From the NCBI GenBank assembly GCA_951406725.2, contig OX597819.1, positions 9,362,001 to 9,426,000 of the forward strand: a stretch of DNA of 64,000 bases. Reading direction: 5' to 3'. Positions 1 to 12,425 of the stretch are shown here, piece after piece (position 1 is the stretch's first letter; every line of letters starts with the position of its first letter). The notes below the pieces were generated by a model that saw nothing but the letters and a program-made list of their open reading frames with translations, was not told the DNA's origin and made no database searches. The stretch is from Octopus vulgaris (Eukaryota). A program made the position numbers and the translations under genes.

Positions 1-21
1 TCTAAAAGGTTCAGCCGATCG

Positions 22-141
22 ATGTGTGTGTGTGTATGTTTGTGTGTGTGTGTGTGTGCGTGTGTATGTGTGTTTGTGTGTGTGTGCGTGTGTGTGTGTA
101 TGTGTGTGTTTGTGTGTGCGTGTGTATGTGTGTGTATGCGT

Positions 142-236
<95 letters not shown>
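22..236. repeat. (TG)n microsatellite
   Basis: Nearly uninterrupted TG dinucleotide tract; accounts for the VC-repeat ORFs. Confidence 0.98.
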
Positions 237-237
<1 letters not shown>

Positions 238-804
238 AAGAGGGGACTTCCTTGCTGAGAGAATTGGTTGAAGCTCCCTCGATAAGCTAGTTGATTGTGG
301 TAAAGATGGCTGGAACGTATTTTTCGCGCGTAAAAATTCAGATCAAGGCTAGAATTCCTTTGTTGCCGATACATCTTGGTGTATTTACCTATCTTATAAA
401 GTGCTGTAGTTAATTGTCCTGAAACATACATCCTTTATAAGTTTTACCCTGCATGTGTGTGCAGATGTGTGTGTGTGTGTGTGCGTGTGTACGTGTATGT
501 GTGTGTGAGTGTGTGCGTACTTGTACGTGTATGCGACTGCGACGTTATGTATATCTAAACATCATTACATCATAATTTGTTTGACTATTGACATCCGTTC
601 GCCCAACATCCGGTCGAATTAATTGCTTTACCTGATTTTTGGTTTTTTTTTCTTTTTACATTAATTTTTCCATTCACCAAAACCTCCAAACAAAATTTCT
701 TTATGCGCATGTTTTAGAAAGACTTCAATCAACACTTTTGTTAAGCTTTCATTCAGTCGCAAAAGCCGCCGGACCCTGTTGTAGTAAGTGGCAGTAATGC
801 CACT

Positions 805-1978
805 AGGCGGCGAGCTGGCAGAAACGTTAGCACGCCGGGCGAAATGCTTAGCGGTATTTCGTCTGTCTTTACGTTGTGAGTTCAAATTCCGCCGAGGTCG
901 ACTTTGCCTTTCATCCTTTCGGGGTCGATAAATTAAGTACCAGTTACGCACTGGAGTCGATGTAATCGACTTAATACCTATGTCTGTCCTTGTTTGTCCC
1001 CTCTGTGTTTAGCCCTTGTGGGTAGTAAAGAAATAGGTATTTCGTCTGCCGTTACGTTCTGAGTTCAAATTCCGCCGAGGCCGACTTTGCCTTTCATCCT
1101 TTCGGGGTCGATAAATTAAGTACTAGTTACGCACCGGAGTCGATGTAATCGACTTAATACCTATGTCTGTCCTTGTTTGTCCCCTCTGTGTTTAGCTCCT
1201 TGTGGGTAGTAAAGAAATAGGTATTTCGTTTGTCTTTACGTTCTGAGTTCAAATTCCACCGAAGTCGACTTTGCCTTTCATCCTTTTGGGATCGATAAAT
1301 TAAGTACCAGTTGCTCACTGGGTTCGATCTAATCGACTGGGCCCCCTCCCCCAAAAGTTTCTGGCCTTGTGCCTAGAGTAGAAAAGTCTATTGACATATC
1401 TTTAAAGCGGTGAGCTAGTAGAATCGTTAGCACGCCGGGCGAAATGCGTAGCCGTATTTCGTCTGCCGTTACGTTGTGAGTTCAAATTCCGCCGAGGTCG
1501 ACTTTGCCTTTCATCCTTTCGGAGTCGATTAAATAAGTACCAGTTACGCACTGGGGTCGATGTAATCGACTTAATCCTTGTGTCTGTCCTTGTTTGTCCC
1601 CTCTGTTTTTAGCCCCTTGTGGGTAGTAAAGAAATAGGTATTTCGCCTGTCTTTACGTTCTGAGTTCAAATTCCGCCGAGGTCGACTTTGCCTTTCATCC
1701 TTTCGGGGTCGATTAAATAAGTACCAGTTACGCACTGGGGTCGATATAATCGACTTAATCCTTGTGCCTGTTCTTGTTTGTCCTCTCTGTGGATAGTAAA
1801 GAAATGGGTATTTCGTTTGTCTTTACGTTCTGAATTCAAATTCCGCCGAGGTCGACTTTGCCTTCCATCCTTCCGGGGTTGATAAATTAAGTACTAGTTG
1901 CGTACTTACTGGAGTCGATCTAATTGACTGGCCCCCTCCCCAAAGTTTCTGGCCTTGTGTCTAGAGTAGAAAAGAATA
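805..1978 (+). mobile_element. SINE family D, two adjacent multimeric copies (805-1386 and 1406-1978), each with three ~180-bp body units
   Basis: Head ggcggcgagctggcagaaacgttagcacgccgggcgaaatg with B-box-like gagttcaaattcc; body gaggtcgactttgcctttcatcctttcggggtcgataaattaagtaccag occurs six times; the same sequence is dispersed elsewhere in the window. Confidence 0.85.
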
Positions 1979-2492
1979 TTAGATCAGATTCTTGACTGGC
2001 ACCTCGTCCGCGTTTTTCCTGCAGACATTGAGCTGTAAACATTCAACTTGGATATCTGATGCATTAATCGTGCAAGAAAATCTGAAATGTCATTGACACT
2101 GATCCACCACTTTCATTATATTGTATCTCATAAATCTAAATGCAAATAAGATTTGAAAGATTGCTGTGTGGAAGAGAGTGAGTAATGAACAAAATCTGCG
2201 GCTCAAGTTCAATTGGGATTATCTTTTTTAAGTCTAATTTTCTTGAGAAAATTAGATTAACGTTACAAATCCAATCCGCTGTGAATGTATCTAGTCACAA
2301 AGATTAAAGATTAAAGAACTAGCCCCATTCACTGAGCTACAATGTGAAATAAATAAATGAATATTTGATCATGAAAATTGTTACATACTGCTACATATAA
2401 CTATAAAACAATTGTTACGTTACTGAGTCATTACATTTATCAAACACAGTTTGATATAAGACACGGCCATAAAATCGCTATTACGTTACAGG

Positions 2493-2836
2493 AGTGGAGG
2501 CGCAATGGCCCAGTGGTTAGGGCAGCGGACTCGCGGTCATAGGATCGCGGTTTCGATTCCCAGACCGGGCGTTGTGAGTGTCTATTGAGCGAAAACACCT
2601 AAAGCTCCACGAGGCTCCGGCAGGGGATGGTGGTGATCCCTGCTGTGCTCTTTCACCACAACTTTCTCTCGCTCTTTCTTCCTGTTTCTGTTGTACCTGT
2701 ATTTCAAGGGGCCGGCCTTGTCACTCTCCGTGTCACGCTGAATATCCCCGAGAACTACGTTAAGGTGCACGTGTCTGTGGAGTGCTCAGCCACTTACACG
2801 TTAATTTCACGAGCGGAGTGCTTCCACACACACCAC
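2493..2836 (+). mobile_element. SINE family A (tRNA-derived head), with a 3' internal deletion
   Basis: A-box tggcccagtgg, B-box gtttcgattcc; 13-bp TSD attacgttacagg (2480-2492 and 2837-2849). Confidence 0.92.
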
Positions 2837-2920
2837 ATTACGTTACAGGGCTATTGTATGTACTAAACATCTTATACACGGAGAAAAGTATAAATACAAT
2901 TATCGTGTTTGTGTGTGTGT

Positions 2921-3253
2921 GAAGAGGTATGGCTTAATAACTAGAGTGTCGGGTTCACAATCATCAAGTAGTGAGTTCGATTCCCGGACAGGGATTTGTT
3001 GTGTTCTTGAGCAAGAAACTTTATTCACGTTGCTCCAGTTAACTCAGCTGTAGAAATGAGTTGCGACATCTCTGGTACCAAGCTGTATCAGCCCCTTTGC
3101 CTTTCCCCTGAATAACATCGGTGGTGTGGAGAGGGGAGGCTGGTATGCATAGGTAACTTCTGGCCTCCCATAAACAACCTTACTCGGACTTGTACCTCGG
3201 AGGGTAACTTTCTAAGTGCAATCCCATGGTCAATCATGCCCGAAAGGGGTTTT
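2921..3253 (+). mobile_element. Older tRNA-derived SINE with a CORE-like central domain
   Basis: Decayed A/B boxes (gagttcgattccc) followed by ttcttgagcaagaaacttt...ctccagttaactcagctgtagaaatgagt, which resembles the CORE-SINE domain (from recall, not searched). Confidence 0.55.
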
Positions 3254-4234
3254 ATTAATGTGTGTGTGTGTTTGTGTGTGTGTGCCTGTGTATGTCTGTG
3301 TGTATGCGTGCGTGTGTGTGAGTTTGTACGAATGCATACAACTGACACAAAGTTACTGCGGTGATGATGATGGCACTTTGCGCTCTGTGTTAAATTTCCG
3401 CTGAGGTCTGCTTTACGTTTTATAACTCTGGGGTCGATCAAATGACTCTAGTATTGGGGGCGAAGTAATTAAAATTGCTGGCCTTGCGCCTTAAACAATT
3501 ACTATAAGAAGTTCCATCTGTAAGTAATCATTATATAAAAAGGCTTTTAAAACATAACATTTAACAGATTAGAGAGCTCTTCAATTTACGATTCTTCTGT
3601 CTCTATTTTACACAATATGTTTGCTATTCTAGAATTACCATATATTCTAAATACGTAATAATATATTCTACGCAATATATTCAAAATTTTTGCATTGCGA
3701 TTCCAGAAACTATTCAAAAGGAATGAGTTACTGAGGAAGTCTCAACATGGTTCCTCGATCAACTGGGAATACAACCAAATTGCATCTAAAATTACGCTCT
3801 ACCCTCTTGAAATAGTAGACCTAAATATACAATTGCTCGACAAAAGATGGCATGATCACGGTTGGAATACCTTTGACCATAGGACTGTCAGTTTTGACAT
3901 GCATCTAAACAACAACTTAAAAAGGTAGATTAAATTGCAAATCGTACTGTAAGACCGAATGAGTCACGTTCGCGTTCCTGTTTCGGTTCTCAATTGAACT
4001 TACTTAACTTCACGTACGCTCTCAACCCCCTTGAGAAAAAATGTGAACGCTCCACAATCTCATTCTTCTCTATAAATTTATGGTCTTCTATCCGGGGAAT
4101 TAATCTAGATATCACTCTGTAAATCATTTTAACAAGTTTACACTAGTAAAACAAATTCAAGGTCAAATAATTTGTTAGCGTATCGACTTGGTTGTAAGGT
4201 TCTTATCAATTCATATCCTACCACAAAAGCAGTA

Positions 4235-4620
4235 TGGAAGCACTCCGTCGGTTACGACGACGAGGGTTCCGGTTGATCCGAATCAACGGAACAGCCTGTT
4301 CGTGAAATTAACGTGTAAGTGGCTGAGCATCCACAGACACGTGTACCCTTAACGTAGTTCTCGGGGATATTCAGCGTGACACAGAGAGTGACAAGGCCGG
4401 CCCTTTGAAATACAGGTACAACAGAAACAGGAAGTAAGAGTGAGAGAAAGTTGTGGTGAAAGAGTACAGCAGGGATCACCACCAGCCCCTGCCGGAGCCT
4501 CGTGGAGCTTTTAGGTGTTTTCGCTCAATAAACACTCACAACGCCCGGTCTGGGAATCGAAACCGCGATCCTATGACCGCGAGTCCGCTGCCCTAACCAC
4601 TGGGCCATTGCGCCTCCACT
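4235..4620 (-). mobile_element. SINE family A, full length
   Basis: Reverse complement of the family A sequence; TSD cacaaaagcagtat. Confidence 0.93.
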
Positions 4621-4885
4621 CACAAAAGCAGTATTGTGTTCCTGACAACTAAAAGTTCAGTTCCCTTTATATTGCTCGGAGAATAACAGGAAGGATCCAG
4701 GATATGGTGTAAGTTTACATAACTTTTATGATATTTTAGTGAGTGACCACCATGTGTTACTGACAGAATTGGAATGCTTATACTTTTTTTTTCTTTTTTT
4801 TGTAAAGTGCAGTTTCTTTTGTTAGAAATGTGCATTTGCTGGTAACACCCAATCCAGTAGGGATAGCCTCAGGATTTATGAATTA

Positions 4886-5285
4886 CTAGCAGTATCGCCC
4901 GGCGTTGCTCGGGTTTGTAAGGGAAATAGCTATATAAGCATTTTTAGAGAGTTATGGCCAAAATATAGCAAAAAAATGTATTAAAAATGGAAAAGAAATG
5001 ATGGTAATTTTTTTTTTAAATCGTTGACTCATCGTAGACATTTTTAGAGAGTTACTTCCCTTATATAATAGGGAAAAAATGCATTAAAAGGGAAAAAAAT
5101 TATGGTAATTTTTTTTTTAATCGTAGACTCATCGTAGACGCGCGCTAATACCCAGAAGGGCTCGATATGAATCACGACTATAAGATACCCGGTTTTGGTT
5201 AAACTGCACCGCAAAATGTGGGAGTAGTTAGGAATCTAAATCGTAGGAGACAGACAGCACACAACCTTACTTTTATATATAAAGA
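4886..5285 (-). mobile_element. Non-autonomous Helitron (subtype 1)
   Basis: Sense strand starts TC and ends CTAG, sits between A and T, has the subterminal hairpin cccgagcaacgccggg and no TSD. Confidence 0.88.
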
Positions 5286-5584
5286 TGATGCGTAGCTATG
5301 TGCTGGGATTGCAAATTTTGCATAAACCCATGAGCAGTTAAAAAGTGGAGTTGTCTTAGACACGCATTCCTACAGCTTATCTCTTTAATTGAGATACACC
5401 CCAGGGTCAAAAATGTTTTTTTTATAAGCACAGTTGTCAATTAGTTTGAGCAACACCGCCATAAATATTGAAATACTATTGAGAGTTGATTGCAGCACGA
5501 AGGTCAAGTCTTTTGAGATAGTCTGAGTATACATAAATAAAGATTAAAAAATTGCTTTCCTTTGGATGATTTCCACGACGAGAA

Positions 5585-5735
5585 TACTCTTTTACTCGTT
5601 TACTTGTTTCAGTCATTTGACTGCGGCCAGTACTTATTCTATCAGTCTCTTTTGCCGAACCGCTAAGTGACGAGGACGTAAACACACCAGCATCGGTTGT
5701 CAAGCAATGCTAGGGGGACAAACACAGACACACAA

Positions 5736-5803
<68 letters not shown>

Positions 5804-5965
5804 GACAGGCTTCTTTCAGTTTCCGTCTACCAAATCCACTCACAAGACATTGGTCGGCCCGGGGCTATAGCAGAAGACACTTGCCCAAGATGCTACGCAG
5901 TGGGACTGAACCCGGAACCATGTGGTTGTTTAGCAAGCTACTTACCACACAGCCACTCCTGCGCC
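5585..5965 (-). mobile_element. SINE family B (tRNA-like head, internal TA/TG microsatellite), internally deleted
   Basis: Head ggcgcaggagtggctgtgtggtaag...gggttcagtccc; tail aatgactgaaacaagtaaacgagtaaaagagta. Confidence 0.9.
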
Positions 5966-6184
5966 TAGAATGCTGATAATTTCAAAAAGTTCTTGACTTG
6001 ATAGCGCTAGTAGGGGTGGGGTATCAAACAAGCTCCACGGAAACGGCTGTGTTCTCTGCTGGGCGTATTCAAAAGGCAAGGACAGCTATAAAGCCACCGT
6101 CAACACACTAGTTCATTACTTATGGATTGCTGAGGTATCGCTGTCATCTCAATCTATTATAAAGATCGCCTCCCTGCATAAGTT

Positions 6185-7084
6185 TGAGGCAGTTCTACAC
6201 AGGACGATGTTACTACCGTTTAGCCCCAAGAAAACATGTTTTCCAGCCGGCTACCGACACATACTTTGTGTCCGTACAGCATGAGCAAGGGAGGTTGCTG
6301 CTCCTATCTTTAGCCTTCGTGATACTCAAAGACCTAGGTTTCTGAGTTGTTTCCCGCCTTCGACGTGAAACAATCACAGGCTAGAGATCAGGGTTTATTT
6401 GACTTGCTCATACTATGTACTTATTAAAGCGACACACAGTCGCTGATCTCGTTAAGAGAAAAACAACTAGCTTTAAATCTCTGGACGAGAAATATGCAGT
6501 AACAGTACCGAACAGTAAAGTTTATTTGCCAACAGAATGTGGCTGTCTTACACAGGACGATGTTACATCTTTTCCAGCTGGCTACCGACATACATTGTGC
6601 GTCCGTATAGCATGAGCAAGGAAAGTTATTACTCCCATCTCTACAAGCAACAGACATAGACTGTGTAGCCAACAAGAAAAGATGTTTTCCTGGGCTAAAC
6701 AGTAATAACATCGTCCTGTGTGGGATCTCCACATTCTGTTGGCATATAAGCTTTACTGTTCGGTACTGTTACTGCATATCTCTCGCTCAGAGATTTAGAA
6801 CTAGTTGTTTTTTCCTTTACAAGACCAGCGACTGTGTGTCGCTTTAAAAAGAATATTATATAAGCAAGTCGAATAAGCCTTGATCACTAGCCTGTGATTA
6901 CCTCACACCAAAGGCGGGAGACAACCCAGGTCTGTGAGTATCACGAAGGCTAGAGATGGGAGTGATAACCTCCCTTGCTCATGCTATACGGACACAAACT
7001 GTGTGTCGGTAGCCACCTGGGTTAAACAGTAGTAACATCGTCCTGTGTAGGACTTCCACATTCTGTTGGCAAATAAACTTTACT
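6185..7084. repeat. Inverted pair of partial tandem arrays of a ~330-350-bp unit
   Basis: tacacaggacgatgttac at 6196 and 6549; its reverse complement at ~6706 and ~7033; the two arms are diverged reverse complements. Confidence 0.85.
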
Positions 7085-7311
7085 ACACACACACACATAC
7101 ACACATACACACACACATATATGCGCTTGTGTGTGTATATATGTGTGTGGTGTGTATCACATGGTATATGCAACGATTCATTGTCCTAAGCAAACCAATA
7201 CACATATGTATGCATATCTATCTATGTATCTGATTTGTAGACATACATGCACACGCACACATGCACACACACGCACTCACACACACACGCACATACACAC
7301 ATACTTATATA

Positions 7312-7715
7312 TCTTTATATATAAAAGAGAGGTTGTGTGTCTGTCTGTCTCCTACGATTTAGATTCCTAACTACTCCCACATTTTGCGGTGCAGTTTAAC
7401 CAAAACCGGGTATCTTATAGTCGTGATTCATATCGAGCCCTTCTGGGTATTAGCGCGCGTCTACGATGAGTCTACGATTTAAAAAAAAAATTACCATCAT
7501 TTTTTTTCCATTTTAATGCATTTTTTCGCTATTATATAAGGGAAGTAACTCTCTAAAAATGTCTACGATGAGTCAACGATTTAAAAAAAAATTTACCATC
7601 ATTTTTTTTTCCATTTTTCATGCATTTTTTTGCTATACTTTGGCTATAAATCTCTAAAAATGCTTATATAGTTATTTCCCTTACAAACCCGAGCAACGCC
7701 GGGCGATACTGCTAG
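7312..7715 (+). mobile_element. Non-autonomous Helitron (subtype 1)
   Basis: A|TCTTTATATATA ... cccgagcaacgccgggcgatactgCTAG|T. Confidence 0.9.
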
Positions 7716-8262
7716 TTCCATTTAAAGTAACGAAGGCAATCCAGAAGGCTTCTTGTTTGGTCATGTCAGTTGCCAGCTACTAATACTAAGCGTACGAGGT
7801 CGCCAGTCATTGAACGAGTGTAAGTGTTGGCGTTTCGCCAGTAACAGACTATAACCTTGAAACAAGCACTAGCGCTTTTGGTGTCAAATTGAAAAAAATT
7901 TTTTTTTTTTTTTAAACATGCCTGTGTAGACTACTAAATAAATGCAGACTGATTGTGAGGTTGGTGGTTCTACTATTAGCGGTACTTTTTTCTGTGTATA
8001 GAGTAAAAAGAAGCAAAACTCATTAATTTCGTTATGCTGTGTAGCTTTAGATATAACGAAGACATTAACTTTGAAGGAAAATAATCATTCAACGGTACAT
8101 TGCGAACTGCACTGGTTTCGTTTAAGTGAAAAATGAAACATAATATTTCATTTTAAATCCACAGCAACGAAATCGCCAAATAGCTTGGTGTGACGAAAGA
8201 CGCAGACATTTTCAGATTTAACGATAATATGATACCAATATATTTCCCAAACTATCCTCCTG

Positions 8263-8302
<40 letters not shown>

Positions 8303-8841
8303 AACCATCATGAAACATTTGCCATCTGGACGAGAGAAATGTACTGAGTGTCTGTCTCAGTGCTTTAAAACAGGTTGACTGACTACCGTTTGATACCACC
8401 ATGACTGATATCCAATCTACAGTGGAGAAGGCTTAGCCACTGGATTTGGTTAAAAAGAGACGATGAGCGATGGCTAGAAGTATATTGAGTTCCTCATAAC
8501 CAGCTGATCTAGCAAGCGGGGCCTCATATCAGTGAGGGAGGAGGGCCGTGTGCGTTGATGCCGTCGAGAGGTAGGCCCCGAAACGGCGCGCATTCTCTCC
8601 TGATGACCCCATACACTTGCTAGCTTCCGGTATACGGAGCTTTTAACTGGTAGCACTTGCATGTGCAAGTTGTTTGCAAGACATCTACTGCGTAAGACGG
8701 TTTACATATAAACGTCTATACATAGCTTCATTTCAATGTCATTGGCCATAACATGTGATTACATGATGGTGTTATTATTGCTGATATTGTTGTTGTGGCC
8801 ATTGTAAGCAAATTCATGGAATGTATGCAAGTGGAATATAT

Positions 8842-9237
8842 TCTTTATATATAAAAGTAAGGTTGTGTGCTGTCTGTCTCCTACGATTTAGATTCCTAAC
8901 TACTCCCACATTTTGCGGTGCAGTTTAACCAAAACCAGGTATCTTATAGTCGTGATTCATATCGAGCCCTTCTGGGTATTAGCGCACGTCTACGATGAGT
9001 CTACGATTTTAAAAAGAATTTACCATCAATTTTTCCCATTTTAATGCATTTTTAGCATATATAAGGGAAGTAACTCTCTAAAAAATTTATTATTAAATCT
9101 CAGATAGTAAAAAGCTACAGTAACACCCCCCCTTTGTGGTTAGCCATATTGAGATGACTATTATACTTTACATCTCTAAAAATGCTTATATAGTTATTTC
9201 CCTTACAAACCCGAGCAACGCCGGGCGATACTGCTAG
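8842..9237 (+). mobile_element. Non-autonomous Helitron (subtype 2)
   Basis: Same termini; carries the alternative internal segment ctacagtaacaccccccctttgtggttagcc. Confidence 0.88.
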
Positions 9238-9408
9238 TTGCTTCTAAATTGAAAGTTGTGTTATCGCCTTTCTCCTTGATAAAAGCGGCTGAAAACACAA
9301 GTGATCTTGTAAGGCTTTGTTTACAAACTCAATGTTTTACGAAGCTCGTCAGCCATATATATGGAATGGTGGGTTGTGTCAGAACTGAAAATATTGTGAT
9401 CTATGAAT

Positions 9409-9560
9409 GCATGTATGTATGTATGTATGTATGTATGTATGTATGTATGTATGCATGTATGCATGCATGCATGTATGTATGTATGTATGTATGCATGCAT
9501 GTATGCATGTATGCATGTATGTCTGTATGTATGTATGCATGTATGTATGTATGCATGTTT
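9409..9560. repeat. (TATG/CATG)n microsatellite
   Basis: Tetranucleotide tract. Confidence 0.95.
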
Positions 9561-9699
9561 GTATGTTATGTAGTTCAGGTCAGCTTTGACTGAACAGTCT
9601 GTGCGTCACGCAAGTAGGTACAAGTGCGACACTTTATGCCTATTTGTATTTATCATTGGTGGCGCGTATCATGGAATGCTATATTGATTTAACAAGGTT

Positions 9700-10130
9700 A
9701 TTTATGCCGAAAATCCTTCTGTGTACATTTATATAAAGTTCTTCTATACTGAATAGGAGTGATTGTATCAAATGATGTTGTAGTGGTTTCTAGACATTTT
9801 GTTGTGTATAGTGACAAAGATGTGATGGTCTGCGGTTGCTGCACTAACAAAGAGTACAGGCGGTTTTTCATTTTTAGCATTTTTTGTTGTGCAGGTAATA
9901 ATATATGAGAGCTAATTTGTGTTCCGCAAGGGTCCAAGGTTTCGCAAAGGTCTAATGAATTGGTTGTATATCACTGTTGCTGCGTCTTCTGTCTGTTTCT
10001 CAGATGTGCTGCTTGGACGACGAATGTTAGTCAGTGATTTACGGTGCCTTCTAATTTACAGTGAGAATTTTTTTTCCAATTTTATTCCGTGGTGTGTTTC
10101 AGTTGATGTATCCAAGAGTGCAGCTGTGTA
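9700..10130 (-). pseudogene. Possible highly decayed LINE reverse transcriptase C-terminal fragment
   Basis: Broken frames give TVIYNQFIRP and PSHLCHY, resembling LYKQFIRP and PSHPCH motifs of LINE ORF2 thumb regions; many stops. Confidence 0.28.
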
Positions 10131-10154
10131 GAAGCTTAGTACAGTGTAATACAT

Positions 10155-10384
10155 ATTTCTTTATTACCCACAAGGGGCTAAACACAGAGGGGACAAACAA
10201 GGACAGACATAGGTATTAAGTCGATTACATCGACCCCAGTGCGTAACTGGTACTTAATTTATCGACCCCGAAAGGATGAAAGGCAAAGTCGACCTCGGCG
10301 GAATTTGAACTCACAACGTAACGCAGATGAAATACCGCTAAGCATTTCGCCCGGCGTGCTAACGTTTCTGCCAGCTCGCCGCCT
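10155..10384 (-). mobile_element. SINE family D, monomer
   Basis: Reverse complement of head-body-tail1; TSD tgtaataca. Confidence 0.88.
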
Positions 10385-10625
10385 TGTAATACAATGTCGT
10401 CGCGACTGTAGATGTTATGTTTCGTCCCGAGTCATTCCTGACCCAGCAGATCTAAAAACAAAAGAATTCCAGCCATGACATATCCATGTTATTTTCAGAC
10501 ATGTTGTATCTAAAAACTGCATTATCTAATGTGTCCGTTATCTGAGGTATAACCTGAGGCAGATTTGACAGTCTTTCTAGTATGCCATGCCCCCCCCCAT
10601 AAAGGATTCTTCTTTAACTCTCTCT

Positions 10626-10656
<31 letters not shown>

Positions 10657-10880
10657 ATTTAACTCCATGTCATCCCTGATTAAGTAAACTCATGATCAAA
10701 GACACTTCAGCCCGCCTTTTATTTAGACACAGTGTATCTCGGTCTACACTAGTTAATGTGACCTTTTCAGAAAACACTCTAAGGGTGTAATCTGAGGAAA
10801 TTTTGACTTATTTCCAACATCTTGAGCGATCTTGAGCGATCTCATACAGGCTTCTTTGTTGTCACGTCGGTATTGTTTTT

Positions 10881-10950
10881 GGTGGTGGTGGTGGTGGTGG
10901 TGGTGGTGGTGGCGTTGTTGTTGTTGCTGTTGTTGTTGGTGGTGGTGGTG

Positions 10951-10982
<32 letters not shown>

Positions 10983-11000
10983 GGTGGTGGTGGTGGCGGA

Positions 11001-11030
<30 letters not shown>
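10881..11030. repeat. Compound (GGT)n/(TGT)n/(GGCGGT)n microsatellite
   Basis: Direct inspection. Confidence 0.95.
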
Positions 11031-11031
<1 letters not shown>

Positions 11032-11639
11032 CAGTATGTTGTAAATGTACGATTTAAAGATAAGGAGAACAGCGTTACTTAATTATAATCATAACATTGT
11101 TTCTTTGTTTTCATGGAGCAGTTTACAGAAAATAATTGCATGTTGGCTGTACATATACAATAATACAGGGAAGAGGCAAAAGCGCAGCTCAACATGAAAA
11201 ACAGATAATTTTTTAACAATATAAAGAATCCACAAAAGAGTGGAAACTGTTACTTATGGAAGATTCACGTAGGCCAGGATTCGCCCAACTTCCCTCGCGA
11301 CTACAATAACCAGCCTTTAAACATAGGTCTAAATGTCAGCAAATATCGTACACTGCACAAGTGCGTGAAGAACAATTTTGTCTTTGTATGCGCCTCTCAG
11401 ACAGGTCTTGCTGACGTTACATCCGTTTCTGAGAGATGTATATCATGGAAATGATGAAGCGTGAGCAACACTGCCAAGGCAGGAATTTCTAGATGTTCAT
11501 ACCTCTGGGCCGAGAGTGTTCCCTATTAAATAACTGAGTTGATCTCAAGAACATCATTGTTCTCCAGTACCACTCAATAGAATGATAACATTGACGTTCT
11601 ATTGTACACATTGCCAGAGTGATACAGAACCGAGAGCGC

Positions 11640-11900
11640 CCGATACTTTCTAGATATCAGACGATAATCTTGGTCTACACTTGGTCGATGACTGCAGATG
11701 CGTTAGATAAAAGTGCTACGGGAGAGCGTACTTTACAAGCAATAACTATTTTGTCTCGTAAACTAAGAATCTCCAGAGATCTGACGATCTTAGTGCGTGG
11801 TTGAGCCTCATTAGCTTCGGCATACCGAGCTTTAGCGCTATCAATACAAGTGAAAGAGTAGACGTTCTAACCTGAACAGGTGCAACCTGGGACAAGGCAT
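11640..11900 (-). pseudogene. Decayed CR1-group-like LINE ORF2 fragment (linker between endonuclease and RT)
   Basis: Minus frames give IDSAKARYAEA and, after a frameshift, RSSDLWRF, resembling AKARYAEA...GSRDFWRI in invertebrate CR1-like ORF2 (recall only). Confidence 0.35.
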
Positions 11901-12099
11901 GATGGTAAGGCATTAAAATATTATGTACGTTTAGTCCTAATCCCGATCTATTTTTCAAAAATACATTCCTGTGTATCCATTGCTGGATGAGATTGGTCGT
12001 CCTTCTTGTAACGTTCGTCCTTCGGGTTCGAAGATGACCATTGACATCATTTGGTGGAATTGCTGCTATGAGATGGTATGATGTTGGTGTCATGATGTC

Positions 12100-12425
12100 A
12101 TGACGTGCGCGTGACTTGGATTATAGTGAGGGTGACTTGCGCAGGATCAGCCTCACTCTCTCGTCCTGGTGCGCCGGATCCATTGGCAAGACAAAGTCAA
12201 GACGGCTGGGGGTAGACCAGGATTCAGGAGCTGCCGGAAGGTGGCACGCATGGCGCAATCCAACCGCCTTAGGGGCTCCACTCCAGATTTTGGATGGCCA
12301 TTGATTCATGAGAGAGTTCCTTGGTGGGGTTGCCAGTTTAGTCGCCAACGACCCGACCATGTTACTGGGTTACATGTTACCAGTAGCTCCAAGCGGAGAC
12401 CTTGTAACCCCTGCCTCATATCCTA
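12100..12425 (-). mobile_element. RTE-clade LINE 5'-UTR-like fragment
   Basis: GC-rich island containing ggagtggagcccctaaggcggttggat and cttccggcagctcctg, motifs recalled from RTE 5' UTRs. Confidence 0.5.

Noticed and set aside
805-1978. Repeat array superficially like a CRISPR locus
   Set aside because: Units are ~180-bp SINE bodies with no unique spacers, no cas genes, and the context is eukaryotic.
2578-2866. Recurrent small ORFs MVVIPAVLFHHNF, MFIERKHLK, MLGGQTQTHKH and MRNWYLIYRPRK
   Set aside because: Incidental frames in SINE families A, B and D; copies frameshift freely.
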